In this document: in pieces, positions 49,127-59,555 of the stretch | How positions within the stretch are numbered: position 1 is the first letter of the stretch | Layout: each line of letters begins with the position of its first letter | Notes under the pieces: generated by a model | Databases searched by the model: none | What the model saw: only the letters and a program-made list of their open reading frames with translations | What the model was told of the DNA's origin: nothing | Translations under genes and position numbers: made by a program | Source of the DNA: Tepidisphaera sp. | GTDB taxonomy: Bacteria > Planctomycetota > Phycisphaerae > Phycisphaerales > UBA1924 | Length of the DNA: 64,000 nucleotides | Direction of reading: 5' to 3' | Assembly (NCBI GenBank): GCA_050916045.1 | Contig: CP051526.1 | Coordinates: 128,001 to 192,000 of the forward strand

Positions 49127-50308
49127 ATGATCGGCGATGGATGGAATGATGAGCCGGCGGTGAGGCCCGTGAGCGGATTGGAGCCGCGCGAAGGGCGGCG
49201 GCGCGTCGCGGTCGTGACGGGCTCGCGCGCCGAGTTCGGCCTGCTCCGCCCCGTCATGCGAGCGGTGGGCACGCATCCCGAGCTTGAGCTGATGGTCATC
49301 GCCGCCGGGTCGCACATGATCCAGCCCGCGCTGACGTTCCGCGACGTCCGGGCCGAGTTCGTCGTCGCCGACAGCGTCCCTATGCAGCTCGCCGGCAAGA
49401 CCGGGCGGGCGGCGGATGCCGAAGCCGTCGGGCGGGGCATCGGCCGGTTTGTCCGGAGTTTCACCGCGATCGCGCCCGATTGGGTCGTTGTGCTCGGGGA
49501 CCGGATCGAAGCGTTTGCCGCCGCGTCCGCCGCCAGCATTGGCGGATGGGCCGTCGCTCACATGCACGGGGGTGACCGCGCCGAGGGGATCGCGGACGAA
49601 GCGATGCGGCACGCGATCACCAAGCTCTCGCATCTTCATCTGCCCGCGACCGCCGCTTCGGGTGAGCGTCTGGTGCGGATGGGCGAGAAGCCGGAGTTCG
49701 TGCAGGTCGTGGGTTCGCCCGCGGTGGACGATCTGGCTTCGATCCCGCCGCTGACGGACGATCAGTTCGCCGAGCTCGGCTCGCCGGACACGCTGGTGCT
49801 GATGCATCCGGTCGGGCGGTCGGACGAGATGGAGGAAGCGGTGACGGGCGAGGTGCTCGCGGCGGTGGCGGGGCGCCGCGTGCTGACGCTTTATCCCAAC
49901 CACGACGCGGGGCGTGCGGGGGTTCTTCGCGGGCTTCAGGCTTCGGGCCTGCGGCTGGTGGAGCATCTGCCGCGGCCAAGGTTCGTCGGGCTTCTCAAGC
50001 GGCTTGCGGGGTCCGGCGTGATGGTTGGCAACAGTTCGTCGGGGTTGATCGAAGCGGCGGTGCTCGGCGTGCGCGTGGTTGATATCGGGCCTCGCCAGAA
50101 CGGCCGCGAACGCCCCGCGAACGTGGTGCATGCCGAATCCGAGAGCGCGGACGGGGTGAAAGCGGCGATCGCGAAGGCTCTGGCGCTCAAGCCAGACCCA
50201 TCCGCGCATCCGTACGGGGACGGGAAAGCGGGGCAGCGTGCGGCGGCGGCCCTCGCGTCGATCGACCCGCGCGATCCGAGGCTGGTGCGCAAACGCTGCG
50301 TCTATTAG
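49127..50308 (+). CDS. neuC: UDP/GDP-GlcNAc 2-epimerase, hydrolysing (NeuC/LegG-like)
   Basis: TGSRAEFGLL, LGDRIE, HGGD, DEAMRHAITKLSH, GNSSSG, RQNGR, YGDG; start uncertain. Confidence 0.92.
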   Translation: MIGDGWNDEPAVRPVSGLEPREGRRRVAVVTGSRAEFGLLRPVMRAVGTHPELELMVIAAGSHMIQPALTFRDVRAEFVVADSVPMQLAGKTGRAADAEAVGRGIGRFVRSFTAIAPDWVVVLGDRIEAFAAASAASIGGWAVAHMHGGDRAEGIADEAMRHAITKLSHLHLPATAASGERLVRMGEKPEFVQVVGSPAVDDLASIPPLTDDQFAELGSPDTLVLMHPVGRSDEMEEAVTGEVLAAVAGRRVLTLYPNHDAGRAGVLRGLQASGLRLVEHLPRPRFVGLLKRLAGSGVMVGNSSSGLIEAAVLGVRVVDIGPRQNGRERPANVVHAESESADGVKAAIAKALALKPDPSAHPYGDGKAGQRAAAALASIDPRDPRLVRKRCVY

Positions 50309-50440
50309 CGGACTTGCGGCGGGACGGCGGCGCGATTTGTCGCGAGTTTCCCATGCTTGTCGAAGTCGGCGCGTCGCCGAGCCGATTGATTCTCCACCTC
50401 GGCTTGCGGGCACTCCGCCCGGGGAACTCTGGAGATTCGC

Positions 50441-51322
50441 ATGGCTGTCGGACTTGAACTACGGATGCAGGTTGTGGGCGGGGCGATTCGCGAGATCAGC
50501 CACATCGCGACGCTTCCCGAGATCACGATGAAGATCGTCGAGCTCGTCGAGGACCCCAAGTCAACCGCGCAGGACCTGCACAAGGTGATCTCGTCCGACC
50601 CCGCGCTGTGCAGCCGGATCCTCAAGGTCGTCAACAGCTCGTTCTACGGTCTTCCCGGCCAGATCGCGAGCATCAACCGCGCGATCGTCATGCTCGGCCT
50701 CAACGCGGTCAAGAACATCGCGATCGCGGCAAGCCTGGCCAAGCTCTTCCGCGGCGGCGAGCTCACGACCAGCTTCTCCGCCAAGGACCTCTGGACGCAC
50801 GGCAACGCGACGGCCATCTGCTCCAAGATGCTCGCCGACTCCCTCCGCATGGGCCTCTCCGACGAAGCGTTCCTCGCCGGCCTGATCCACGACATCGGGA
50901 TCATGGTTGAAATGCAGTACGACCGCAACAAGCTGATCGAGGTGTTCGAGAAGATGGGGGACGGCAAGGGTGCCCCGACCGTGAACATGCTCGAGATCGA
51001 GGACGGCATCTTCGGAGCCAACCACCAGGACTTTGGCGCGGGCCTTTGCGAGAAGTGGAAGTTCCCCAAGACCTTCGCGGCGGTGACGGGCTATCACCAT
51101 CGTCCGATGGAGATCGCTCCCGAGAACCGCACGCTGGTGTGCCTGGTGCACATCGCTGACCGCATCGCGGCCGAAGTCGCCGGCGGATTCCGCTTGGACC
51201 TCCTGACGACCGAGATCGACCCGGCGATCCGCGACGAACTCAAGCTCACCGCGGAGAAACTGGCTGAGATCAAGAAAGCCCTGCCGGACCAGATCAAGAA
51301 CAACGGCAGCCTGCTCGGCTGA
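50441..51322 (+). CDS. HDOD domain protein
   Basis: DPALCSRILKVVNSSFYG, AGLIHDIG, WKFP, HH. Confidence 0.92.
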   Translation: MAVGLELRMQVVGGAIREISHIATLPEITMKIVELVEDPKSTAQDLHKVISSDPALCSRILKVVNSSFYGLPGQIASINRAIVMLGLNAVKNIAIAASLAKLFRGGELTTSFSAKDLWTHGNATAICSKMLADSLRMGLSDEAFLAGLIHDIGIMVEMQYDRNKLIEVFEKMGDGKGAPTVNMLEIEDGIFGANHQDFGAGLCEKWKFPKTFAAVTGYHHRPMEIAPENRTLVCLVHIADRIAAEVAGGFRLDLLTTEIDPAIRDELKLTAEKLAEIKKALPDQIKNNGSLLG

Positions 51323-51348
51323 ACCCCCCTTTCGAGAATGCCAAGTGC

Positions 51349-51382
51349 CGGCCGCGCGACCGCTCGCGCGGCCGCTTTATTT
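51349..51382 (+). terminator. Intrinsic terminator after the HDOD gene
   Basis: CGGCCGCGCGA-CCGC-TCGCGCGGCCG followed by CTTTATTT. Confidence 0.7.
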
Positions 51383-51700
51383 GTGCCTCGTGAAGATGGT
51401 CCGGCAAAGCGGCGGTCGTTCTTCCGCGCGTCCGGTCAGATTGCGCTTGAAACGGCCGGGTCAAGGTGCGAAACTGTGGTTGAGGAGCTTCCGTTCTGGC
51501 GGCTTGGTGCGTTCTGCACACTCTGGTTCTGATGCGTTGATTCATCGTGTTCGTTGGGGTATCGGCGGTGACGAATTCGGCGGACGACGCCGTGCGTGAG
51601 CGCCGACATAGAGCCCGGAGCGTCAGTCCGGGTGCAGGGATGCGACTTTGTCGTCGCGCCCGAGAAGCGCTGCTTTGTCCGGCGGCGCAGGAGGTATCGC

Positions 51701-53449
51701 ATGGTCCGGGATCAACTGCGGAATGTGGCAAGCGTGGTCGGAGCGGCGGGTCTGTGCGTGGGTGCGGTCGCCCAGCCTGTCGGGGGAGATGTCACCGTCG
51801 AGACGGCGGCGGTGCTTGTGACAGGCGTCGAGTACGCGGGCATCGGGCGTGTGCGGAACATCATGTCGGTGGATGTGAACGACTCGTGCTGGCTTGCCAC
51901 GCGGGTTGAAGCCCAGATTCCCGGGACCGACAACCGTCGCGAGCTGCTGCTCGCCGGTCCGCACGCGGCGCGGCTTTTCGTCGCGGCGGTGGGGGGCGAA
52001 CTGATCCGCGGCACGGGCCTTCGGGCTCCTTTGTCGGAAGCGTTCAGGCACGCGCAGATTGGCCGGTTTGGTGAGTTGAGCTATCAGGGAAACATGAGCA
52101 ATCCGCAGGGGGTTGCGGCAAGCACGCTGCTCCGGGCGCTGAGCCCCGCCGGCTCGCACTTTGTGCTGGCGCGGGTGGGTGAACAGGCGTTCGGTCAGCC
52201 CGCGGGGGTGACGTACGCCGGCTTTGCTCCCCACGCGATGGGGACCGACGGCATCGCGTGCGTGGCGACACTCGGCGGAGCCGGCGTGACCACTGAGACG
52301 GATGCGGCGATGCTGACGTTCATCGGCGGGGCGCCCCGGCTGGTCCGCGAGGGAGTGCCCATCTCAAGCATCGGCGATCGCACGCTGAGCCTGCCCGAGC
52401 CCGCGAGCGCGTTCCCCACGGTGTGGGGCGTGGCGACAGTCTTTCGCGCGGGAGTGCGAGCGGCACCGGGCGAGACCCCGTCTCCGTCGCTGTTGGCCAC
52501 CGCTCCGGTGCAGATTCTGGCGCAGGCCGGCCAGTCTGCGCCCGGCTTGTCGGGCGTCATGTACCAGTCCTTCCGAGGGTTTCCGAGCGTCGGGTTCGGG
52601 TTCGACGTGGCATACTCGGCGGTGCTGGCGGGTCAGGGCGTGACACCGGCGAACGCGAACTCGGTCTGGCTTCGGAACTACGGGTTGGTTGCGCGGGGAG
52701 AGCAGCGGGCTCCGGATCTTGGCCGGATCGTCTACGCGCGATTCGGATCGGTGGTGGTGCACGGCCGTGAGCGGGGGGTCGTCTTCGCGGCGACGCTCGC
52801 CGGGGATGGCGTGGGCCCGGAGAATGGCTCGGCGCTGTTCGCGGGGCCCGCGGGCGCGCTCCGGCTGGTGGCGCGGATGGGCGATGCGGTGCCGGAAGCC
52901 GGAGACGGCGTGAGGCTGGGCGCGTTCGACGTCGTGAACGAGGAGACCCCGATCTTCGTTAACGCCGGGGGCGACATCGTGTTCCTGAACCGGCTTCGCG
53001 GCGAAACGGTGACGACGGCGAACGACCTGGCGATTTTCGTGCGTGAGCGCGACGGCGAACTTCGGCTGATCGCTCGCGAGGGGAACACGCTTCTCATTAA
53101 CAATCAGGCCCGCACGATCGCCGAGCTTGTGATCTTCGGAGGTAACCAAGCCGGAGCCCCGGGACAGACCAACGGCGAGGATGGCCGGCGCACGATCCTC
53201 AACCGCCACGGCGAGTGCTTCTTCATCGCGAGGTTCACCGACGGCGGCGCGGCTTTGCTCAAGGCGCAAGCCGCGCGTCGCCCGTGTGATGCGGACTTCA
53301 ACGGCGACCGGTTCATCGACTGCTTTGATTACCTCGACTATGTGGAAGCGTTCGAGGCGGGCGACGACAACGCGGATCTCAACCTCGACGCGTTCCTGGA
53401 CTTCTTCGATTACACGCGGTTCGTGGAGCTCTTTGAAGCGGGGTGCTGA
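51701..53449 (+). CDS. Secreted repeat protein (NxxGxxAF-like repeats) with GC-type dockerin-like tail
   Basis: AGGAGGT SD; repeated LVAR.G..AP and N..G.I.F units; dockerin tail ending AGC. Confidence 0.82.
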   Translation: MVRDQLRNVASVVGAAGLCVGAVAQPVGGDVTVETAAVLVTGVEYAGIGRVRNIMSVDVNDSCWLATRVEAQIPGTDNRRELLLAGPHAARLFVAAVGGELIRGTGLRAPLSEAFRHAQIGRFGELSYQGNMSNPQGVAASTLLRALSPAGSHFVLARVGEQAFGQPAGVTYAGFAPHAMGTDGIACVATLGGAGVTTETDAAMLTFIGGAPRLVREGVPISSIGDRTLSLPEPASAFPTVWGVATVFRAGVRAAPGETPSPSLLATAPVQILAQAGQSAPGLSGVMYQSFRGFPSVGFGFDVAYSAVLAGQGVTPANANSVWLRNYGLVARGEQRAPDLGRIVYARFGSVVVHGRERGVVFAATLAGDGVGPENGSALFAGPAGALRLVARMGDAVPEAGDGVRLGAFDVVNEETPIFVNAGGDIVFLNRLRGETVTTANDLAIFVRERDGELRLIAREGNTLLINNQARTIAELVIFGGNQAGAPGQTNGEDGRRTILNRHGECFFIARFTDGGAALLKAQAARRPCDADFNGDRFIDCFDYLDYVEAFEAGDDNADLNLDAFLDFFDYTRFVELFEAGC

Positions 53450-53532
53450 AGCGTCGGGCCTCTGCGTGAGGCGTGAGGTTCATGCGCCGTGATGCGAACG
53501 CGAAGCTAGCCAGGTCGCCCCGGCGAGCTGCT

Positions 53533-56212
53533 TTAGCATCCGCTCTCGAAAGCTCCCACGAAGGCGTCGTAGTCGAAGAAATCGATGAAGCCGTCACGGT
53601 TGAAGTCGGCCACCGGGCCACCGGACTCGAAAGCCGAGACGTAGTCGTCGTAGTCGAAGAAGTCGACGAAGTTGTCGCAGTTGATGTCGACGGGGCAGAT
53701 CGAGAGGGCCGCCGACCGGCTCGTCACATCGCCGCAACTCGTGGTCACGACGCAGTCGTACACGCCCGCGTCCTCATCCTTGGCGTTGATGATGAGAATC
53801 CCGCCCGAGTCAATGAAGATCGAGGAACCGTGCGGTGTCGGCCCCGGGGTGATCGCAACGCCGTTGCGTCGCCACGCCCGCGTCAGGCCGGGATTGTCGT
53901 TGTAGCCGGTCGCCAGGGCACCGACAAACCCTCCGACACCGCCGCGGCAGATGATGGTGGCGACCGGCTGGTCATCCGCCGAGAACCAGGGCTGCCCGGC
54001 CCGGGAGTAGCGGGCGAGGAAGTTGGACTCAATCGCGCCCTGCGTGGGTCCGCCGCTGCTGCCGGGGCCGACGCGGGTGAAGAAACCGCCGACGGTGAGT
54101 TCATCCTGATACAGCGAGATGGTGCTGACCCGGCCGTTGGCTCCGCCATCGACGGGCGTCCACGAGGCGCCGTCCCAGCGAGCGAGGTTGGTGACCGCGG
54201 TTGCGCCCGACGCAGTGAAGGTTCCGCCGGCGTAGAGGAAGGTCCCGTCGGTGTAGAGAGCCGAGACCGAGCCGTTGAACCCGGAGCCGACCTGCTGCCA
54301 CGCGCCGTTGACAAAGCGAGCGACGAAGTTCAGCGGCTGTCCGTTCCCGTCGGCGTTGAAGGAGCCTCCGGCGTAGATCACGCCCCCGAAGCGCTCGACG
54401 GCGTCCACCGTGCCGTTGAAGCCGGGTCCGAACGCCGACCACGTCGCGACGCCCGTGGTGGTGGTGAAGGTGTACTGCGCGATGCGGTTGGCCGCGACGC
54501 CGCCCGCCGTCGTGAAGGATCCGCCCACGACCATCGCCAGGCGCTGCGCGGGGAGCGAGAACGTCTTGAGCGCCCGAGCGCCGTTATTGAGGCCGCCCGA
54601 AGCGTCGAACGGCTGCCAGTTGGTGCCATCGAAACGGGCCAACCGGTTGATGGCGGTGCCGCCCGAAGCCGTGAAGTCGCCCGCGGCCACCGTCTGCCCG
54701 TTGAACCGCGCGAGGGCGCGGACCGTGTTGTTGAATCCGGACCCCATCCGCCGCGTGATGCGGCCGAATCCGTCCGTCACCGGCGCGAGCGTCGCGACCC
54801 GGCTGTGCGGGTCGTCAAACCCGAGCTGGGTGAACGCGCCGGCGACCACGAGGTCATCCGGGATGTTCGCACCACGGAAAACGGGGAGCATGGCCAGCAC
54901 CGCGCCGTCCGGAGATGCGCCGCTTGGGACGGGTTCGTTGCCCGACCAACGCAGGAGATTGGGTGACGCTCCTCCGAGGCGGAACAGCCCGCCCGCGATC
55001 AGATCGCCATTCCAGTTCGCCAGCGAGGACACGCTCGGGAAACTCGTGTCGTCTTCGATCAGTCCGGGCACGTTGATCCACGAAGTTCCGTTCCACGCGG
55101 TCAGACCTTTGACGTCCACGCCGCTCGCCGTGCTCAGGGTGCCGCCGACGTAGAGCGTTCCGCCGAAGGTGGCCAGAGACTTCGGGTACCCGAAGGTCTG
55201 GTTCGTTTCCCCAAAGGACGTCCACTGGGATCCGTTCCAGCGAGCCACCGTTCGGATGGTCGTGTCCGACGCGCTGTCGAGTGAGCCGGTCGCGATGAGG
55301 TCGCCGTTCCAGATGGACAGTGCCTCGATGCTTCCTTCCAGGTCGGGCATGGAAGCCCATCGGGTGCCGTTCCACCGGGCGATGTCCTCGATGGGAGCCC
55401 CGCCGGCCGAACGGAAGGTGCCCGCAGCGATCAGTTCGCCGCCGTGCAGGGCAAGAGCTCTGACTTCCTCGCCGAAGCCGGTTCCGATGCCGCTCCCCAG
55501 GGAGGTCCAGCGCGTACCGTTCCAGCGGGCGATTCCGGGGGTCGAGATCGCGCCCGCCGTGTCGATCGAGCCTGCTGCGATCAGCTCCCCACCGTACACC
55601 GCGAGGGCGCGGACTTCATCGAGTCGGCCGCGCAGGCCGGACGCCAGGGGCCGCCAGCTGACACCGTTCCACGCCGCGATGTTGCGAGCCGTGACCGGGC
55701 CCATGCCCGTGAAGGTGCCCGCCGCGATCAGTTCGCCCGCGTAGACCGTGGTCGCGAGGACCGGACCGTCGAACAGCACGCCCGTGTTCACCCAGTTCGT
55801 CCCGTCAAAGCGAGCGACGTTCACCCTCTGCGATGACTGCCCGATCCCGAAGGTAAAGAGCTCCGCCGTAGGTGACAAGCGATTGCACGCCCCCGTAGTC
55901 AAGCCCTCTGATGTCGTTGAAGCCGCTTCCCAGCGTGGTCCAGTTCGTCCCGTTCCAGGCCGCCACGTTGCGGGCCAGGATTCCTTCGGCTCCCGCGCCG
56001 CCGGCACGCTCAAAGAGCCCCCCGACGATGAGCTGGGGCGGCAGCGGGCCCGCGCCGTCCAGATCGTGCACGAGCATCGCGGCCGCTCGACCTTCGACGC
56101 AGAGCGACGGCGCAGGCATCCACCGTGCACACTGACCGTGCGCGGCCGAAGCCGCGCCAAGAGCCGAATAAAGACCGAACCACAGCACCGCTGAGGGCTT
56201 CATCAAACGCAT
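53533..56212 (-). pseudogene. Frameshifted large secreted protein with IA.WNG..W..LG.G repeats, Ig domain and dockerin-like tail
   Basis: Signal peptide and first repeat lie in ORF 55805-56212; remaining repeats in ORF 53533-56160; frames switch near 55850-55865. Confidence 0.8.
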
Positions 56213-56472
56213 CGCACGCTCCGGAACCAGACTGATGGAAGGTTGAGGGGGGCAGTCTACCGCGTGAAGCCCCGGCGACCAAGGGGAAAGTCCAAGTCAG
56301 AGCGGGGGCGACGGATTGGAGCCGGCTTGTGGTTTCACAAGCGTGGTGCGACCCGATTCGGGCCTGCGAGGTCGATGGCGGTGCAAAAACGAGCCCAGGC
56401 CGCGGCTCCTCCACCGCGGCCCGGACTGAACAGCGAGATGGATGGGGCGGTGATCACCGCCCGAGGGGGGGC

Positions 56473-56715
56473 TCAGTCCTCGCCGAACTGGGGTTCGACG
56501 ACCGCGTAGGAGTTCTTCTCCTCCTTCAGGCGAGCGGTGTAGATTCGGTTCTCGACCATGGCCGAGCCGAGGCGGTCGCCCGCGCTCATCTGGATGTAGG
56601 CCGGTTCGTCGGAGTCGAACTGCGGAGCCTGGGTCTGCAGCTTGTGGCTGGGCTGGCAGCCCGCGAGGGTGGCGGCGGCGAGAGTGAGGACGAGCAGGGC
56701 ACGCGAACGCTTCAT
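56473..56715 (-). CDS. Small lipoprotein (80 aa)
   Basis: GGGAGGT SD; MKRSRALLVLTLAAATLAGC lipobox. Confidence 0.8.
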   Translation of the reverse strand: MKRSRALLVLTLAAATLAGCQPSHKLQTQAPQFDSDEPAYIQMSAGDRLGSAMVENRIYTARLKEEKNSYAVVEPQFGED

Positions 56716-56991
56716 GGCAAACCTCCCAGACCGGGTGACACCCGGGGCTTGGGAGGAGATCGGCGAGCCGGTCGAAGGGGAAGCGTCGGGTGAGGGAGCT
56801 TGGGCGAAAGGACGGGGTAGGGCGCGGATTGCGCGGTTTGCGCGGCCGGGATCCGAGCGTCGGTCGCGTCCGGGAAGCCGGCGAGCGTCTTTCTCCGGGG
56901 TTGGAACACGGACCCCGCGAGGGGCGTTATCATCCTCGTCGGGTCGGCCCACTGTTCGGGTCTCGGCCGGATACGCGATCGGGAGATTCGC

Positions 56992-58056
56992 TTGGGTATC
57001 GATCTGCTTTCAGAACGGGCGAGGCGCGTGGCGTCGGTGGCGCAGCGGCTTCGCGTCGTGCAGGCGGAGCTTGCCGACCATCCGGCGGATGAGCGTCGGG
57101 CGATGATGCGCGACGAGATCGAGCTGGTGCTTCGGTCGATGGTGCCCGGTGAGCGGAAGCAGTTCCTGTTCGAGTTGATGGATGCGTTCCCGCTTTTCGG
57201 CGAGGGTTCGTCGGCGCCCGCCGGGGGGTCGGAGGGTCCGGGGCCGGATCGGGCGACGATGGATGCGCTGGCCGCGGCCCAAGCCGAGCTTGCGGCGGCC
57301 AAAAGCGAGCTTTCGAGGTTCAACGACGCGGCGTACGTGACCGAGCGGCTGGTGGAGCTTGCCAAGCGGCTGCCGGATGAGCAGCGGCGTGCGGTGATCA
57401 AGCGTCTGGCGACGGCAGGGTTGTCCGAGGTGCGGACGGTCGAGGTGGCCAAAGCGGAATCGGCGCCGGTCGCTCCGCGGCTGGCCGCGCCCGCTCCGGC
57501 ACCCGTGGCCGCTCCGACCGCGCCCGCTCCGGCCAATATCGCGGCGGACTTCCGCAAAGCGACCGGCCTCACGGACGCGGATCCGATCGATTCGTCGAAA
57601 GCGGCCGAACTTGGGGCGGTGCTTGCGGAGTTCGGCGGCGGGCTTGATGAACTGGTCTGGACCGCGTGGCGGCAGGTCATCGCGCCGCAAAGCAGGATCA
57701 GCCGGCCGGGGCCGCTCAAGCGGACGCTCGGCCAGTTTGTCCGCGGCGACGCGACGGTCAGCCGTCAGCGCGTGATCGACGACGTCAAGCTCCTCCGACT
57801 GATCACCGCGGCGACGATCGCCGCGACAAGCCGGGCGGGCAAGAACTTCGCTCGCAAGCACCTCGTCAAGTTCAGCCCCGACGCGATCAAAGCCGCGACG
57901 GGCGCTTCGGGCTGGGGGGCGCAGGCGAAGTACTGGGCCAAGTACGAGGAACTGGCGGGTGTCCTCACGGAAGACACGATCGAAGCGGAAATCATGCAGA
58001 CCATCGGCGAAGCCGCTCGCGGGCTGGCCGAAGGGAAGGAATCCTCCAAGCCGTGA
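56992..58056 (+). CDS. T6SS-associated helical protein resembling the TagH/Fha C-terminal domain
   Basis: GGGAG SD with TTG; C-terminal ...FSPDAIK...AKYWAKYEEL pattern; directly upstream of tssK. Confidence 0.6.
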   Translation: MGIDLLSERARRVASVAQRLRVVQAELADHPADERRAMMRDEIELVLRSMVPGERKQFLFELMDAFPLFGEGSSAPAGGSEGPGPDRATMDALAAAQAELAAAKSELSRFNDAAYVTERLVELAKRLPDEQRRAVIKRLATAGLSEVRTVEVAKAESAPVAPRLAAPAPAPVAAPTAPAPANIAADFRKATGLTDADPIDSSKAAELGAVLAEFGGGLDELVWTAWRQVIAPQSRISRPGPLKRTLGQFVRGDATVSRQRVIDDVKLLRLITAATIAATSRAGKNFARKHLVKFSPDAIKAATGASGWGAQAKYWAKYEELAGVLTEDTIEAEIMQTIGEAARGLAEGKESSKP

Positions 58057-58103
58057 GCGTGAGCTTGCACGGCTGATCGGCGGGCGGGACGAAGGGAAGG
58101 CGT

Positions 58104-59495
58104 ATGGATCTGGTCCACTGGCACGAAGGGTTGTTCCTCCAGCCGCATCATCTCCAGATGCTTCAGCGGCAGGGGCTTGAGCGTTCGGCGCACGATCGCC
58201 GGATCGCCATGCCGTTTTCGTACGGCTTGATCGAAGCCAAGCTCAGCCCCGACGCGCTCGACAACATGATGGTCCGCCTGGACCGTTTTTCGGCGGTCAT
58301 GCCCAGCGGGCTCGTGGTCGACACCGCCGTCAACGCCGATCTGCCGCCGCTTGACATCAAGCAGGCGTTCCAGAAGTCGGCGGATGGGTTCGTGGTCGGC
58401 GTCGCGGTCCCGCTTTGGAACGGACAACGGTCCAACGCCGTGGATCCGCCCAGCGGGAAAGCCAAGCCGGGGGACGACACGCGCGTCCGCAGGCTTTGGC
58501 GGCTTTCGGAGGTCAAGCGATTCGACGAGAACACGGGCGATTCGCCGGTGGATGTGATCGTCCGCCGCGTGAACGCCCGGCTGGTGCTCGAGGGTGACGA
58601 CGCGGAAGGGATGGAGGTGCTCCCGATCCTGCGCGTGGTGCACGGGACGGGCGAGGACAGCGGCGTGCCGCGTCGCGACAGCCGGTTCATCCCGCCATGC
58701 TTTGTGCTCGGCGGGTCGGGCGAGCTTCGCGCGATGCTCCGGGACCTGACGAATCAGGCGGAAGCCTCGCGGAAGGACGTGCTTTTCAAGATGCAGCAGG
58801 GCGGGTTCAACATCGAGACCGCCCGCGGGCCGCAGTTCGAGGACATGCTCCGGCTTCGGACGCTGAACGTCTACGCCGCGCGGCTGAACAGCTTGCAGCA
58901 GGCGATGGGCGTGTCGGGTCTGGGAGTGACGCCGTTCCAGCTGTACATGGAGATGCGGTCGCTGCTTTCCGAGCTTGCGGCTTTGCACCCGGACCGGGAC
59001 ATGTGGGACGTGCCGAAGTACGACCATGACGACCCGGCGGTGGCGTTCTACGACCTTGACGAGAAGATCCGCGGGCTGATCCGCGGCGTGGTCAAGCGGC
59101 GGTTCCAGAAGGTCGAGTTCGTCAAGGATCCGCAGGGGTTCCTCGGCGCGACCCTCACCGACGAACACCTCAAGGACGCTCAGGAGTTCTTCCTCGGCGT
59201 TTCGGGCAAGGAGGATCCGACGGTCCTGGCCCGCCTGGTCGAGGATGCGGACAAGTTCAAGCTGATGCCCAAGAGCATGTGGAAGATGACCTTCTACGGC
59301 GTCAAACTCCAGGAAGAGCGGGCTCCGCAGGGTTTGCCGAGCAAGTCCGGCCTGTACTACTTCAGGTTGAACAAAGCCGAGACGCGGGCGCAGATCTGGG
59401 AGCAGGTCATGCAGCAGAAGGGCCTCGCCGCACGCTGGCCCGAAGCCGAGGGACAGGGCATTCAGGACCTCACCCTCTATATCACCTACGCATGA
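58104..59495 (+). CDS. tssK: Type VI secretion baseplate subunit TssK
   Basis: VHWHEGLFLQPHHLQ, AVMPSG, FIPP, YDHDD, YYFRL. Confidence 0.93.
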   Translation: MDLVHWHEGLFLQPHHLQMLQRQGLERSAHDRRIAMPFSYGLIEAKLSPDALDNMMVRLDRFSAVMPSGLVVDTAVNADLPPLDIKQAFQKSADGFVVGVAVPLWNGQRSNAVDPPSGKAKPGDDTRVRRLWRLSEVKRFDENTGDSPVDVIVRRVNARLVLEGDDAEGMEVLPILRVVHGTGEDSGVPRRDSRFIPPCFVLGGSGELRAMLRDLTNQAEASRKDVLFKMQQGGFNIETARGPQFEDMLRLRTLNVYAARLNSLQQAMGVSGLGVTPFQLYMEMRSLLSELAALHPDRDMWDVPKYDHDDPAVAFYDLDEKIRGLIRGVVKRRFQKVEFVKDPQGFLGATLTDEHLKDAQEFFLGVSGKEDPTVLARLVEDADKFKLMPKSMWKMTFYGVKLQEERAPQGLPSKSGLYYFRLNKAETRAQIWEQVMQQKGLAARWPEAEGQGIQDLTLYITYA

Positions 59496-59555
59496 ACGCC
59501 AAGCCGACCCGGGTGGTGATCCCGCCCGGTCGGGCGCGGCGACAAGGACGACGCG

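Noticed and set aside
5781..53720. Recurrent GACTTCTTCGACTAC-type sequences as CRISPR or mobile repeats
   Set aside because: They are the coding sequence of the DFFDY dockerin motif, dispersed at gene ends, with no spacer periodicity or cas genes
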